DNA from: Hydrolagus affinis
Taxonomy: Eukaryota
DNA: 64,000 nucleotides
NCBI GenBank assembly: GCA_012026655.1
Contig: JAAILG010001635.1
Coordinates: forward strand, 1-64,000
Direction of reading: 5' to 3'
Shown here one piece after another: positions 11,336 through 25,451 of the stretch. Position numbers and translations under genes: made by a program. How positions within the stretch are numbered: the first letter of the stretch is position 1; each line of letters starts with the position of its first letter. The notes under the pieces were generated by a model. That model did not search any database. It had not been told where the DNA came from and saw nothing but the letters and a program-made list of their open reading frames with translations.

Positions 11336-14300
11336 GTTGCTTCTTCCTCACCCGATGTCCATCTAGCACGTAAAGATATCAACAAGGCCACGTTGAGTGC
11401 CTTTACCCACAAGAGGTTCACAAAGTGAGTGAGGATGTGAAATAAAACCTTGAGATTACATCAGCCAAATGGCTTAAGGTCTTGTGATTGAACGTATGTT
11501 TGCTTCACTTTCAGATACTGGGTAATACATTCCCTTTTCTGATTACTCCCCATGCAGGCAAACAGAGGAGAGAGATCAATGCAGCAAATATCAGTATTTA
11601 CCTTGTAATTTTTTTCTATACCATCTTGATAAATGTCAAAAGATTTTGCAATATTCATTGCAATTAAATGCAAGGCACAACATGGTGAAAGTCTCTTAAT
11701 TAGTGATTGACGAGTTGGATACAAGACAGAATGGGCACTCTAGTTACTGGGGCATGCAGCGTGATGATCAATTTTATTAAGCAATGACTTGGGAGTGAAT
11801 GAGTGCTAGTGTGATCCAGTCTGGCTTCTCTGTAGCATAGCCAACAGTCAAGTGCGTCATGATTCCAATCACTTATAATGGCTCCGGTTTGTATGTTTAA
11901 TGAAAATGTGTTTCAAAAAAACTTATTGCTGACTGATTTCGGATGTCCTGTGGGATTCCTTATTTTCTTTGAACAATAATAGGTTGAACAACAAATCAGT
12001 CGATTATGCATAAGATTAGCGATACAATTATTGTAGCATTAGCATAGCAGTCTAGTGTGTCTAAGCTTGTCTGAATTAATTGATCCATGACTGTTGCTTC
12101 AGCCACGTGGCTCTTGAAACCTGTCTTACACACTAAAATTTTATGACCTGACTGTAATTACAGTGGCAATTTTAAAAGGTATTGCTGGCTTTGTTTAACC
12201 CAGATGGAAGTTTCTCTTATGACACAAATACTGCTAACTGGCTTTTATTTACCAGCAGGATGCAGCAGGCTGTTTAAATTCATGTTCACAGCCCATGCAA
12301 TTAAATTAGAAGCCTACTGATTTGAAGATTTTTTTTTCCATTTAGCGAATACTTCAGCGCTATAATAATTAGTTTTTGTGCTGTGTAAAGATTTCCTATA
12401 TTTAGCCGTTGCTTTAAAGAATAAATATCTGACAGTCTTAGCTGATCTTTCTTTCACCATCCTCCAATTTATACAATAATCCACGCATTTAATATAGCGC
12501 CTTATTGCGTCACAAAGTGCTTCACAGAATATACTGCAAAGTGAATCGACTGTATATTCTGTGGGGGAAACCATGTGGGCGAATGTTAAGTTCAGTTTTC
12601 TTTACTTGGAGGAAAGATTCATTGCTCATAGCAAAGACAACCTAATTTAACAGTTATTGTAAGAGGGTTGAAGCTGGGAAAAGGCGTCTCTGCAATTAGT
12701 AGCTTAGGTATTCATTCTAATTCTACTCCTATAATTAGACGCGAGGGATTTGTAGAAGTGTTTTTCAAACAGATTTAGAAGGAAATGAAAGCCTCTTTTA
12801 AAAATTGCAGACATCACGGTTTTGATAATTAGAAATGTACAATTTTTAAAAGCAACAATCAAGTTGAATGTTGCGTAATTTCACAGCAATAATATTGCCT
12901 GACGTATTTTTGTTATTGCTAAGTTAAATTGTAAAAGCAAATTCTGAGTATAACTCATCTCTAAATATGCTTTTCAGCTCAATTATGATCAGTCAGACTA
13001 CATCGCTGCCTTTTAATTCACACATATACTTGTAGCCTTAATTGTCCACTCACAGTTGCGTTTCCAGAATATCTGCAAATTGCCTGTTTACAGATAGACA
13101 CTGACCCATTCTTGTCAACTGGTAACTTACTACAGAGCAGGCTGCTTGCTCAAATGGGAACATGTTGTGGGATTGAGAATCTGTCTGGACGACAAAATTC
13201 ATTGAACCAGAGAAGCTGATGGATGATCAACAACACCTTGGATTATTAGGGACTTAGATACTTCTTAAGATACGTTATTCCTTTCCAAATTTATCTTGAT
13301 AAGAGTTCACCCTCTGAGGGATGGAACCCAAATCCTTATGATCCCAAGATTTGGTGTTCAACCAAATGAGTAATCTGGATCTTATATGTCTGGAAACAGA
13401 AAAGGACCCAGAACAATTAGCTCCATGACAACAGAGGCAATTTCACTATCCTGGCCATATAACGTTCAAGATCTATATATAGTATTTAAAATAAACTTCT
13501 GGTTGCGGTGTTAAAATCGAACTTTATGGAAATGTACTGTAATAATATTTATAGCATCAACTAGCTGGTGACTTCAGGTCAATGGAAACAAAGCAGTGAC
13601 TGCATTGTTGAGCAATTTATTTTTCGCATTGCTGTAAAGTCTGTATTCATTATCGGTATTCTCTAAGGAAGCTCTTACTCGTTTACTCTATCTACTTTAA
13701 TTCTATTAGTATTTTTTCCAGTGAAAGAAGCCTAATTTACATGTTTTACTCTTACAGATTTTCTCTTTGAAGTAATTGGAACATTCAACTAATAAATATT
13801 CAGCTGGTTTGCCTTGCAGTATCTAACGCACTTGATATTTTTCCAGAAACTGTTTTGTTTTTGCTGTTTTAGGAGCTGACCTAGTGTTCCTTTTTCTATA
13901 GAAAGAAGTACTTTGACTGTTTCCAGAAAACAATGGTACATTTTTCGAAGTTCTATCTCTAAACTGACCTTGTGAGCTGAGATTTTAAAATTCAGTTAAC
14001 ATTTGTCTATCCCCAACTATCCAGCATCTTGGAACATCCACCTGATATGAAAGGCGCTATGTAATTTGTCGTTGTTGTCTTACATATTCTCCAAAGCAAC
14101 ATAAACAGATATTATTCAAATTTGTAACTGTTAGTTTAAAAAAAGATGTACAGTGAATGCAGTTACGAAGGCACTAACAATCCAAGGTAGCTGATTATCT
14201 GTTCTCTCAATAAAATACCTTATCAATGTTACAAGCATGGCTATTTGCTTCTCAATGCTTGGTTTCGGTGAGGGGAGGCTACCTGTGAACTAGCCGGTAC

Positions 14301-17300
14301 AAAGCATTGCAGTTATTTTCAGTTCTTAATAGTTTGAGTAATCTTGTAACAATGAATTGCTCACTTAAAGACTGAGAATCCACACAGGGCTTCACTCTGA
14401 CCCGTTTCAAGTTTTTTTTTAAAAAAAATCTCCCAATAGTTTCTAGTAACAACGATAGATCTCCCATAAGAGATTAAAAGACAACAATAACAAAATTACA
14501 CTTGTATAGCCCCTTTCACGTCAGTACGACATCCCGAGGTGCTGGAAAAGATGGACTGAAGTTCATGTTTCAGTGTGTTTAAAATGGTGTATGGGAAGAA
14601 CAGACATTTTCTGAATCCATGCTTTTACTTTTTTTTATATATCTCCTATACAGGACTGGGAATATATCACTACAATTCATACTTTTATAGCTTTCATGCT
14701 CCATTTAGACTGCTGGGAGCAAAGCTGCTTTGTGCTTGGGAGGAAAGCAGTAGAGAGTAGGAAGCTTGGCTTGTTTCCTCCTCCACATTGCTTTGGGGCT
14801 GAAAAAACACATCACCCAGTTTCTCAAAGTTCTGGGAATGGACGGAATCAAATTATTTTTTCAATTTTTTTTTTTTTTTTTTGCCATTTCCTCTGCCATT
14901 TTCTCCCCCCAACTCCTTTCCTGCTCTCCTGAAACCCTTTCACCTAGTTTTCAATCTACTGGGAACTGAAACCTTTTGGTATTTTCCCCATATTGATGCT
15001 GATCTTGATGGCGAATTGAGTTATATGACTAGAGAGACGGATCAATTTGATCAATGTCCACAAGGACATTCAGTAGGGTCAGTAGGGTCTTTGGATAGTG
15101 ATTAGTTATGGAATTCTTGCCTGATTTCTTTTTTTCCCTCTCTCTCAAAAATACTGTTCTACATGGAGATATTATGAATCCATATCTGAGATGGAAGAAG
15201 GCTTATCAGTACATTACATTGTGATCAAGTTTAACTTTTCAGAAGAGAGAACGTGGGCGGCGAGCGTAGAACTATTGGTTAAACTAATGAAGGGTCTTTA
15301 ACTTCAGTTTCAAATCAATCTTAATCTAAAACATCAAGTGCAGGTTATCCAAATTGCTGCCAAGCTAGTAGATCTATACAGTAAAAATACTATGGGGAAA
15401 ATGAGGGTATCACCCCCCCCACTCCTAATATAATATATTTGTATATATGATCAAATTGATGGGCAACACTGTTGATTTATTCTTCCATGTTCCTGTACAG
15501 TGGTTTATTTTCATATCCATTTTAATAGTTCTGTTGCATAATATGAGATTCACCAATGCCAAATCTGATGCAACCTGTTTTATAAAGCGTACACTGCAGT
15601 GGGCCATCTGAACCATGTATATTTCAGGCAGCTAAATGACGTCAATCGGCTTGGAGCCTAGATCTAATTGCCATCTGCAGATTGTTAACTGCAAACAACT
15701 GGGAAGGCAATATTCTTGATCAGCTATGTTATAAAGCTTTCAATAATGCATAAAACAGCTCCTTATACGTTTTTTTAACCAGATGATTTCCTATATGATG
15801 ATATTTGACAGGTATTCCGTGTAATCCCTTCATGCCTTTACACCTCCTTACCTCTCTGATCTGCTTACCCCGCACTCCACTGCCTCCGCTCGGCTGGCTC
15901 CGGCTTCCTGTTGAACCCTCGCCCACTCCACTGCACCATTGGCAGCCAAGCCTTATAATAAATAATAATAATCTTTGCATTTGATACAGAGCTTTTCACA
16001 TCTTCTAGACGTCTCAAAGCGCTTGACAGAATATACTGTAAAGTGAATTGACTGTATATTTCAGCCACTACCACACCATCTTGCACTCATATAGCGCCTT
16101 CCATGCCAGGTAGGGTCTCAGAGCGCTTAATAGTGGCAGAACTTGTCTCTGAGTTGGGGGGTGAGGTAGCTGAAGGCACTACACCCTAAAACTGTGGAAC
16201 TATCTCCCTCAATCTTTTCTTCTTGCCACTTCCCTCACCACTTTCAAATCCCACTTAAAGACCTTTTTGATTCTGCTTACAATCACCTCTCCCCCAACTC
16301 AGACTCCACCATTGTCAAGCGCTCCAGAACGCTGCAGTGCGAATAGACTACTATGTAAATACTAGTTACTGTTGTACTAGTGTATTGAGTCACTGGACAT
16401 TATTTTGCTGTACTCACTTCATATTTATAAGTGCAGCACACCTTTTCATGAGAAATCACATCTTAAAGTTGTTCTTTCACTTAGCACAGAAAGACAACCC
16501 ACAGAAACAATTGTTCTACATCTCTTAGATTCGGATTGATACTGTGATATTATAAACTGGTTGTTTGCTGGTCATCTTGGTAGTGAGTCATTGCAGTAAA
16601 ACCTGTAGGATTAGAAGTAAATTGGATCCAACTTGGACAGTTGGATTTTCTTCCGAGAAAAACTCTTTAATGCATCATCGAGAAAAAAGTTGAAGTAGCC
16701 GCACAATATCATATTGGCTATACTTTATTCTCATTATTATTGATTTCCAAATGCTACACACACACAATCTTGACCTGTTGATCTGTGCTATGTGTCTTTC
16801 TGTGGTATGCCCATCAGTACTCCTGTCATCATTGGCAAATGAGAGATTGATCTACCTACCCTCCCTGTCCTCCACAGGGATCTCTGACTGTCCAGCACCT
16901 TGGAACGTTCTCCTGATGTGAAAAGTGCTATACAAATGTAATGTGAACTGCTAGGATCTTTTGCAGCAATGCTTATTCCCCTCTTGGTTATGTGGAATAC
17001 ATCAATAAAACGAGAGAGTTCACATCGTGTAAGCAGTTGCCAAGCATAAGTTGAGTGACAGCTGACCTTGGGACTGTGGCCCGTGATTGAGTTAGTTTGT
17101 GGGTTTGCTAAGGTCGTGCTAAACTCAAATACCGCTGCAAAGATTGAGCATTAAACTAGACTAACATTTTCTCTGCATTCTCTCCTGAACTGCTTAGTTA
17201 AGAATGCAACACATTAAATCTATGCAGTTGTAACTAACAAATATAAGAACGCAAATTGCTCGAGGTCTTAGGCTGAAGACCAATTTTAAAATGTAAGATT

Positions 17301-17949
17301 TCTCACAGTTACAGAAAATTCTTATATGTAGATGTTAATTTGGATGTTGAGTTTCCTAAGAATTGAGGAAACCAGTTTAAATAATATCCTTGAATTTGAT
17401 ATAGTTGATATATTAAGGCTAAATTTTAATTTTCCAAAATTCGGCATGATTTTTAAGCACCATGAGAAAATTAAGATGGTGTAATATTGGACCTGTGATT
17501 TCTTGGAGGAGTTAGACTGCAGATATAGATTATAGATCTGTCCATCTATGGTTCATATTAATTGTTTTGTAGTTATTGAAAATTGTTGTACTTGGACTCC
17601 ACATAATCGCCTCTTCACATCTCCAAGGGCTCTGCTGCAACAGAAGTGGGTTCGTAAAGGTTTCCAGTTTGGAAAGTTTTACCTCATCTACATTTATTAG
17701 CATTCCAACTGACTTGCTAGGACATTAGGATTATAATGTAAGCACCAATTACGGTATGCAACGGCTGGGTCCAAAAATAGAACCCAACAATTGGCAGTCG
17801 TTTCTGGCAGTCTTTCTGCCCTGGGTTCGAAGGAACAACATAAGTGAGGTTCGGAATAACAAATGCAACAAGTTGAATTTAATTTTTGATGTAATTGATA
17901 GAAATGTTTCAATGCCAGGCTCCGATATCTGCCTGCTGCGGTTCAGAGG

Positions 17950-18092
17950 ATCATAGAATCCGACAGCACAGAAGGAGGCCATTTGGCCCATCGAGCCCTG
18001 AGCAGGTTCTTTGAAACAGCTACCAACTAGCCCACTCCCCTGCTCTTACCCTGTAGCCCTGTAAATGTTTCCTTTTTAAGTAACTATCCAAT
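17950..18092 (-). mobile_element. CR1 3' tail
   Basis: atcatagaatccgacagcacagaaggaggccatttggcccatcgag...cccactcccctgctc. Confidence 0.8.
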
Positions 18093-18187
18093 TGAAATTA
18101 TTCCAGATGTACTGCCTTTAACACGTACTAAAGTACTCTTTGACGCTTTCCACTGTGTTGCATGTGTAGCATGTTTCGGAGAACTCG

Positions 18188-18469
18188 ATAACAACAATAC
18201 TCCTCGCATTTGATACAGCACTTTACATGTCACCTAGGCATGTCAAAGAATATACTGTAAAGTGTATTGACTGTATATTTGTGGGCACAATAGGCGGGCA
18301 ATTGCACACAGCAATGAACCACAAACAGTTATGGATTGAGTGATTAAATTATTTTGTTCTTGAGGGATTATTATCAGGTGTGTGGAGTAAGGAAACTAGC
18401 CCAAAGGTTTGCCCTGCCAGGTCTCTCGCTCGCAAGGCGAGTGCTCTAACCACTGAACTACGGGACTCC
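18188..18469 (-). mobile_element. tRNA-derived SINE, near full length
   Basis: Tail (gcatttgatacagc...gaatatactgtaaagtg), Deu-like block and tRNA head (aggcgagtgctctaaccactgaactacgggactcc). Confidence 0.85.
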
Positions 18470-19306
18470 CAGACTCCAATAATAGATGGAAAGGATTTCT
18501 CTTAAATTAATAGCTGTTTTGTTTTAATATAAATAGACTAGACTTTCCAAATTACAAAGGCATTCAACCAGTCAAAGCAATTCACAGTAATGATAGATTA
18601 TATATTATTTAGACCATTCTTTAAAGTTACTTAACACATTAATTAACCTCTTTAACCTCACATGACTATTCTCCCCACCAGTAACTCATCACTTTCTTTA
18701 CTAGCAATTAGTATAACGAAGACATAAGAAAATTAGAAGGTTGCAGTTTTAATAGTGTTTTTCTCTCTCTCTCTATTCTACAGACTTTTTGAGAATACTG
18801 AGGTATTTATTTACTCTGTTAGAACATTAGAAATTGTTTTGAATTATTTGAGAAACATATTTTCAGTGATCTGAATTCAGAAAATCCCACTTTTTTCCCA
18901 TCTAATATAATTAAAGATGAAGGCTTAGTGATTTGCCCAGAAATAAGATTTAACGACTCCTTTGATAACCATGTTTACTTGAAAGCAACAATAATTATCC
19001 ATTTTCTGCCCTTCCTTATAACTTAAAGTGATATGTCCAAGAATTTTTCCTTAAGTGTTAGACAGTGTTCCTAATCATGTTTCTCAGTCAGGCCTTTCAG
19101 TCACTTTATCTGGATTCTGCACATTCAATCTATACTAGCATTATTGCAGAGTCCATCTGGACCTTGGTAAGAGCAACCTTGGATCGATCTCTGCTGGTTT
19201 ACAGTAATTGGGAATCTATACTGACGGATATGTAGCTTTAATATTTAGTTTTCTGTTTGGGCACAAGATTGATGAGGGTAACTGAGCTCTATCCTGTTAT
19301 AATGAA

Positions 19307-19515
19307 AATAATAATGTTTGCATTTTGATATAGTGCTTTTCACATCTTCTAGACATCTCAAATGTGAATGTCAATTCACAGAATGTACTGTAAAGTGAAT
19401 TGACTGTATATGTGTGGGTGAAATGCGGCAGCCAATCGCGCGCAGCAGTGTCTCACAAACAGTCATGGATTGAAATGACCAATTTTGTTATTGTATTGTT
19501 AGGGATTATTATTAG
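19307..19515 (-). mobile_element. SINE 3' half
   Basis: tgcattttgatatagtgcttttcac...gcggcagccaatcgcgcgcagcagtgtctcacaaacagtcatgg. Confidence 0.8.
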
Positions 19516-20193
19516 GTGTTGAGAAACACAAACATGAGTGGGAGGAGGGAAGGGACTGGAAAGCAACTTTGTGGAATTAGTTCCTGCAGAGTTATAGCAG
19601 TCAGGATATTTTAGATTCTGAATATTCATTTATAGAATCAAAACCTCCGGTAAATCTGCTGCTCACTTTTCCAATCCTTTCTAGTTATGTTTAGTGTTCC
19701 ATTAGTCAAGTGGAAGTCAAAGTCATGGCATCCTTGCCTTGTTAGGTACAACCCGCAGACCAAATTATATTAGTACATCTATTGAGTACGTTTTTTTCTT
19801 TGTTATGACGTCTCTGTAATTCACTGACCTAATGCCAAACTGAAATGCCTAGCTTCTCCGTGTACACTAGTTACTCAACCTTCTGTGGATTAAGCAATGG
19901 GTTTACACTCAATTTATTACTGAAAGTAATCCTACGGAATTAACTGTCAGTTTAGGCTAATTAATCCTTACCCTCTACTAAGCTTTTTCTTGTTACCGTA
20001 CAATTGAATGTTAAGAGCTTGTCCTTTTTTGTGAAGTTATTTTTCCCTTTGCTGCCACATTTCATTTTCTTTATTCCTTTTCTCTTCTCAATGTTTCCAC
20101 CTCACTATCCCACCTCCATTCCAACACTCGATGACCAAGTAAGTAAGTGCACTGAAAACAGTGACTAGCAAGGTGCGATCTCATTTCAACTTG

Positions 20194-20501
20194 AATAATA
20201 ATAATCCTTGCATTTGATATAGTGCATTTGATGTATTTGAGATGCCTCAAAGCACTTAACAGAATGTATTGTAAAGTGAATTGAATTGTATTTTAAGGGT
20301 GAAACGTGGCAGCAAATTGCGCATTTTGTTTTGTGGGATTGTTACCCCCGGAAAGCGATCTGCCAACCGACTAACAATCTACTGCTAGATAAACAGAATG
20401 TGTGGAGTATGAAAACCTGTCTAAGGTTTCGCCCCACCTGGGAATTGAACCTGGGTCCTCTTCCTTGCAAGGCACATGCGTTAACCTCTCTATAGAACTC
20501 C
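20194..20501 (-). mobile_element. tRNA-derived SINE, near full length
   Basis: (aat)n ccttgcatttgatatag tail through gggaattgaacctgggtcctc...tatagaactcc head. Confidence 0.85.
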
Positions 20502-21231
20502 GCTTTCTCCTCTGGTGGTGGGGGAAGATTTGAGACAGAGGATACATGTTGGAAATCATAGAATTATACAGCACAAAAGGTGTCCAAATCAATCCCACTC
20601 GCCTGCGCTTTCCCCATAGGCCTGCAAACTTGTCCTCTCCAGACGTCCCAGCCTCGATTACCTACCCGCATTGATTGCCAAGTCCAGACATTTATCCCAG
20701 TGTGAAAGGCATAGCATTGCATTTTAAAAGCTTGAGTCAGTTCTGATGCTATCTTGAAAACTAGTTTGGGGATTGACTTCAGAAATCCGATTGAAGTACA
20801 GATCTGAAACTTGCAATTATGTGCACCAGGACAGGCGAGTTTTTTTTTGTTAGTTTTGACCTGATGTAGCATAAGCTAAATTTTAAAACAAAATTGAAAA
20901 GGGATTATCAGGAGCTTTCAATAATTCTCTGTTGACCTTCCCAATATCTGTATTGGGTGTCAAAATAAAAAGTGCCAATTAATACTGGTTTCACTCTTCT
21001 AGGGAAAGGAATTGATCCTGTAATTGATGGAAATGTTTGTAATTGTTTCCTTCCTCTCAAAATTAGGAACAAGTGTAGGCCATTTGGCCCATCGCATAGT
21101 CTACCACACACCATTCTATGAGCCCCATATGCCAACTTTCTCCTCAAATTCTAAATCCCTGTCATATCCCTTAACTAATTTAATACACAGTAATTAGGTT
21201 TGAAAATATTGAATACATGTCTAGTTGCCCA

Positions 21232-21490
21232 ATTGACAGTATATTCTATGAAGTGCTTTGAGATATCTCAAAGACACAATAAAGCACTATAAGGCACTTC
21301 GGAATACTCCCTCAATCTCTCCGCCTTGACCCCTCTCTCCTCTTTTTCAAGTCCTGCCTGAAGACCTTCCTTCCCCCACCCCCGGCTCGGAATCAGGACC
21401 CTCCACTGCTAAGCGCCCTGAGACGCTACCCTGAATGGAGGGCACTATATAACTGGAAATTGTTGTTGTATCAAATGCAAATGATTACAT
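21232..21490 (+). mobile_element. composite SINE tail / L2 3' module
   Basis: SINE tail cagtatattctatgaagtgctttgagatatctc interrupted by an L2-like segment (ccgccttgacccctctctcc...aagtcctgcctgaagacc), then tatcaaatgcaa. Confidence 0.7.
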
Positions 21491-22402
21491 TCTGTTGTTG
21501 CCCTTGGTTTAGCTCATCTGAACAATGGTACCAAAGACTATGGTGTTCAAATGGTACTGTAATGTAGCATCAACCTTACTATAAAAGCCTTCTTTCTCTC
21601 CCTTGTTCACGTTTGGGATTTAATTTTAGGAATGAAAATGTACTTTGAAACTTCTCCTTACGTGACAAAATTGTTGATGACCTCCATGCTTTTCTACTAT
21701 AGGACAAAAGCATACCACCTGGCACTTAATGTCCTATGAGAAAGACGACAAGAGCCTAACAAATGTTAGTCTATTTTGTCTTGGGTTAAATACCGTTCCC
21801 ATTGCATTGTGCTATTCATTAGGGTTGTATATGGGACGAATGAAAGGACTGTCAGCTAGAGCCAAATGTGCAGTAATCCAGAACATCTTGGAAACAATGC
21901 CAGCACAAGGAGGGGCAAAAGATTGTTGTCAGAAAATGCAAAATACTACAACAGGCTGCGCAGGGCTCACTCACGTAGTGCTTGTTTCCAGTGAGGCCTT
22001 TATGTATGCTGTTGGGAATAACTCCTCCACGCTGGAAGAGATGCCCTCTGTCTGTGCTTTGTTGTTGAAAACTCACTGTAATGATTTCCCTTTGGCTATC
22101 AAACCTTTGTACAGAGCAGAAATGTTAGCTCTCGGCCTTGGGTAACGGCCTGCTTTTTGTCTCTTTCTCAGGCTGTACGTTTGATAATTGCAGCCTGCAA
22201 ATGCTTTGGAATCCAATCTGTGCTTCCAAGCAACACAGCCTTTTTTGTTCAACCACTAATTTTGTCAAAACAACTAAATACCAGTCCGCAGCCCACTTTG
22301 ACGAAATAATCGATAAAAAAAAAAAATCCTTTGTTGAGATGATGTGTGTTCTGTTTGTGTTTTTTAGTATGCATATATCCAGTAATGAAAAGATCAATGT
22401 GT

Positions 22403-22642
22403 TAATAATAATCCTTGCATTTGATGTAGCCTTTTATAATGTCTTCGAGGTGTCTCAAAGCGCTTCACAGAATATACTGTAAAGTGAATTGTCTTTATAT
22501 TTTGTGGGGGAAACGCGGCAGCTAATTGCGCAAACATTCGTGGATTGAGTGTCTAAATTGTTATTTATTGATTTAATTTTGAATAGAAAAGCAATCCGCC
22601 AGTCGACCAGATTCCTGCTTACTGCGAGGTAAACAGAGGAGT
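22403..22642 (-). mobile_element. SINE lacking most of the head
   Basis: taataataatccttgcatttgatgtagc...gcggcagctaattgcgca...cctgcttactgcgaggtaaacagagg. Confidence 0.85.
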
Positions 22643-23204
22643 AACTTGTGCATTGGTTCTAAGATCCATATAAGCTTTGAATTAAAAGTGCCCTATTAAA
22701 CCCAGCTGCGTTGTTGATGATGTGATGTCGAGGTTACAGTGGATATTTTTTCATACTTTTTTGCGTGAATGTGGACTTGTGTTACTGTATCTTCCTTCTG
22801 CCTGTTTCTCTCAGTTGAAGTGCTTGATTTACATGCATTAGGTTTGTCCTGAATGCCTTGCACAGCAGGGGGAGGCAGCCTGCTTTATTTAGACATCTCT
22901 GGAGGTTGAGAATGAGAAAGCTAGTCAGAAAGCTTGCCACAACATTCAAGAGCTTAATTTCCTCCTTAACTCTCCGTTTCAGCGTTTTTTTTTTTTTGTC
23001 TCCCACGACATTCAGTGTGGCCCTGTGTGCATCGTTCGTGAACTGACTGCTCGTGAAGTAATTGGATCACTGGTGCACCTTCTGCCTCGTCTTATTAAGC
23101 AGATTACCTTCTGTGATTTTTCTCTGTAAGGCCAGACAGAACTGTCAGTTTGAAAAATGCATTGTGCACTGGTCTGACAGTGCTGGTGAATTTCCCCCTC
23201 TTTG

Positions 23205-23231
<27 letters not shown>
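23205..23231. repeat. (CT)n microsatellite
   Basis: Dinucleotide run. Confidence 0.95.
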
Positions 23232-23236
<5 letters not shown>

Positions 23237-23760
23237 AACCCAATGCAGATCACTGTTTGGATGCTTGAAATGCTTCGACAGTGATATTTGGATTTACCTA
23301 TTGAAGAAATTCGATCCCCCTGGAATTATAGCTGTATACGTTTTGGTGAATTTGCTTGGCAGAGTGGTCATGGCGTTTTCTGGAGGTAATAACCTACATT
23401 TCTAAATTGAACTGTATTGGAATTGTACTGTATTATTGAGTCAGTTGTTGGTTTTGTGTGTGTGTAGGTTGTATTGATCCCACATAGACATGACTATTGG
23501 CTTGCGTCTGTAAATCTGTAGCTGTTGTCTTTTGTTTCTGCAGTGTGATCATGCTGATAGCTTATGAACTGAGCCATCAGAACCTTTACGGTTTTGATTT
23601 GGTGTGAACTGAAGAATTTTCCAAGTGCTATACTGTGATATTGATTGTTGCACCTTTGAAATGTGCCACAGCAAGATTAAATCTGCTTAGTTGCTTTCCG
23701 TTTTGCTTTTGGTTGTTTTAAATTTAGAGGAGATATTTAGAAAGCTAGGCAGTGGTAACT

Positions 23761-23940
23761 TAATAATAATAATATTCCTTGCATTTGATGTAGAGCCTTA
23801 TCGCCTCATTGAGACGTCTCAAAGCGCCTCACAGAATATAGCGTGAAATGTATTGATTGTATATTTTGTGGGTGAAACGCGGCAACCAATTGCACACAGT
23901 AGTGACTCACAAACATCGGTGGATTGAGTGAATACATTCT
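23761..23940 (-). mobile_element. SINE 3' half
   Basis: (taa)n ttccttgcatttgatgtag...gagacgtctcaaagcgc...gaaacgcggcaaccaattgcacacag. Confidence 0.85.
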
Positions 23941-24914
23941 TCTTATTTTAATTTCTTTGAATTAAATCTAATAAAATGTTTCAAATTTGCATCAAGGATT
24001 AGCTATGTTCACACGTGAATGGAACCTTGAATAACTTATCAATGCAAAACACCTTGTTCTTAGCCAAATAAAATCACAGTTTTACAAAGGATTTCCTCCG
24101 AGTGTCTTCTATACAAGTGCCCGACAAGCAATTGGAAAACCCAGAATGAACCCTCCTGTCAATCCATTCAGTTTGTGCTGCCAATTCTTTTGTTAGTAGA
24201 TTTTGTGAATGCTTTGCCATGCTAGTCTGAGAATGAAGAAGGCTTTGGGAGCTGTGAATAGAGCAAGTCGGCAGTTCCAACCTCTTGTCAGTGTTCAGTA
24301 AGAGATGTGAGTTGGATTCCAGCTGGGTTGAACAGAAGGCTTGTGTTCTTACAGGAGACCTGCATGGGTATTTCCTTGTCTGCGATGCTTTGGCTGTTAC
24401 AATAGCTAAAAAACGATGCACAGCAATGAACAATCTAACGTATAAACACGATATAGGTTGTTGTGTGTTTCAGTTTATTTCTTGATTTTAGAGGAATTGA
24501 ATTTATTTGTGTCGTTTTTTTAAAAAAAATTCTTGAGGAGAAGGGAATCAAATCAAATTCAAACAAGCTGATTTTTGACCCATACCATGCTGAATACATG
24601 ACCATGTCATAATAATCCTTGAATTTGATATAGTGCCTTATCCTGTCTTCAGCACGTGGTAAATTCTGGCAAATTGTTGTTTGAAATTTCTATTTGAGTG
24701 TTTTTTTGAAAAAAAACTAATATATTGATTGCTTAATTACATACGCAAGGAATCTTTAGAGTCTCCTATACTGCATATTCAGAAAATAAAAAGCTCTATT
24801 TCAATGGTCTTGTCTGTAAATGGAGTATATCTTTTTAAAGTAGAGTCTTAACAAGAACAGTGTCCATATCTGGAGGACATCTTAACACTTCACAAAACTG
24901 GCTGAAAATCAGAT

Positions 24915-25315
24915 CTGGGGAGAGGAAAGGTGGCTAAAAGCACGTTTGAAGAGAAGTTTTAAGGCTGTTTTTCAGGGTAAGGGAGGGGACAAGGCAGAGG
25001 GTCTTTGGGATGGATTTCCAGAGAGCAGGGCTGACTGGTTGAAGGCTCACACAGCGATGATGAGGGGCGGGGAACATGGAGTGAGCCAATGTTCGTGGAG
25101 CCAACAAGGCATTAGGGTTGCTGGAGGTCACAGCGGTGTGCTAGGATGAACTGTGTTAGCCCTGGAGGGATTTGAGAGTAAAGTCAAGAATCTTTTAAAT
25201 TGATCTGCTGGGGAAAATGGGGATTCAGTGAAGCCAAGTGAGGATGGAGTGATCGGTTCATGGAACCCGGTATAGGAGAGAACACGGGCTGCCATATTTT
25301 GGAAGACCTTCAACT
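24915..25315 (-). mobile_element. older L2 3' fragment
   Basis: LKVFQNMAARVLSYTGFHEPITP and ALWKSIPKTLCLVPSLTLKNSLKT in minus frames. Confidence 0.75.
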
Positions 25316-25345
25316 TGTGTAGTTAATAATAATAGTATTCTTTGA

Positions 25346-25451
25346 GTTCTAACGAAGGGTCATGGACCTGAAATGTTGACTCACTTTTCCTTTCTCCATA
25401 GATGCTGCCTGACCTGCTGAGTGTTCCCAGTGATTTCTGTTTTTGTTTTTG
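25346..25451 (+). mobile_element. short Penelope-derived insertion with hammerhead-like head
   Basis: gttctaacgaagggtcatggacctgaaatgttgactc...gatgctgcctgacctgctgagtgttcccagtgatttctgtttttg. TSD atagtattctttga (25332-45) / ataatattctttga (25452-65), inside a SINE tail. Confidence 0.75.

Noticed and set aside
11755-11940. C/D box snoRNA (GTGATGA at 11761)
   Set aside because: No suitably spaced CTGA D box with a terminal stem that I could identify.
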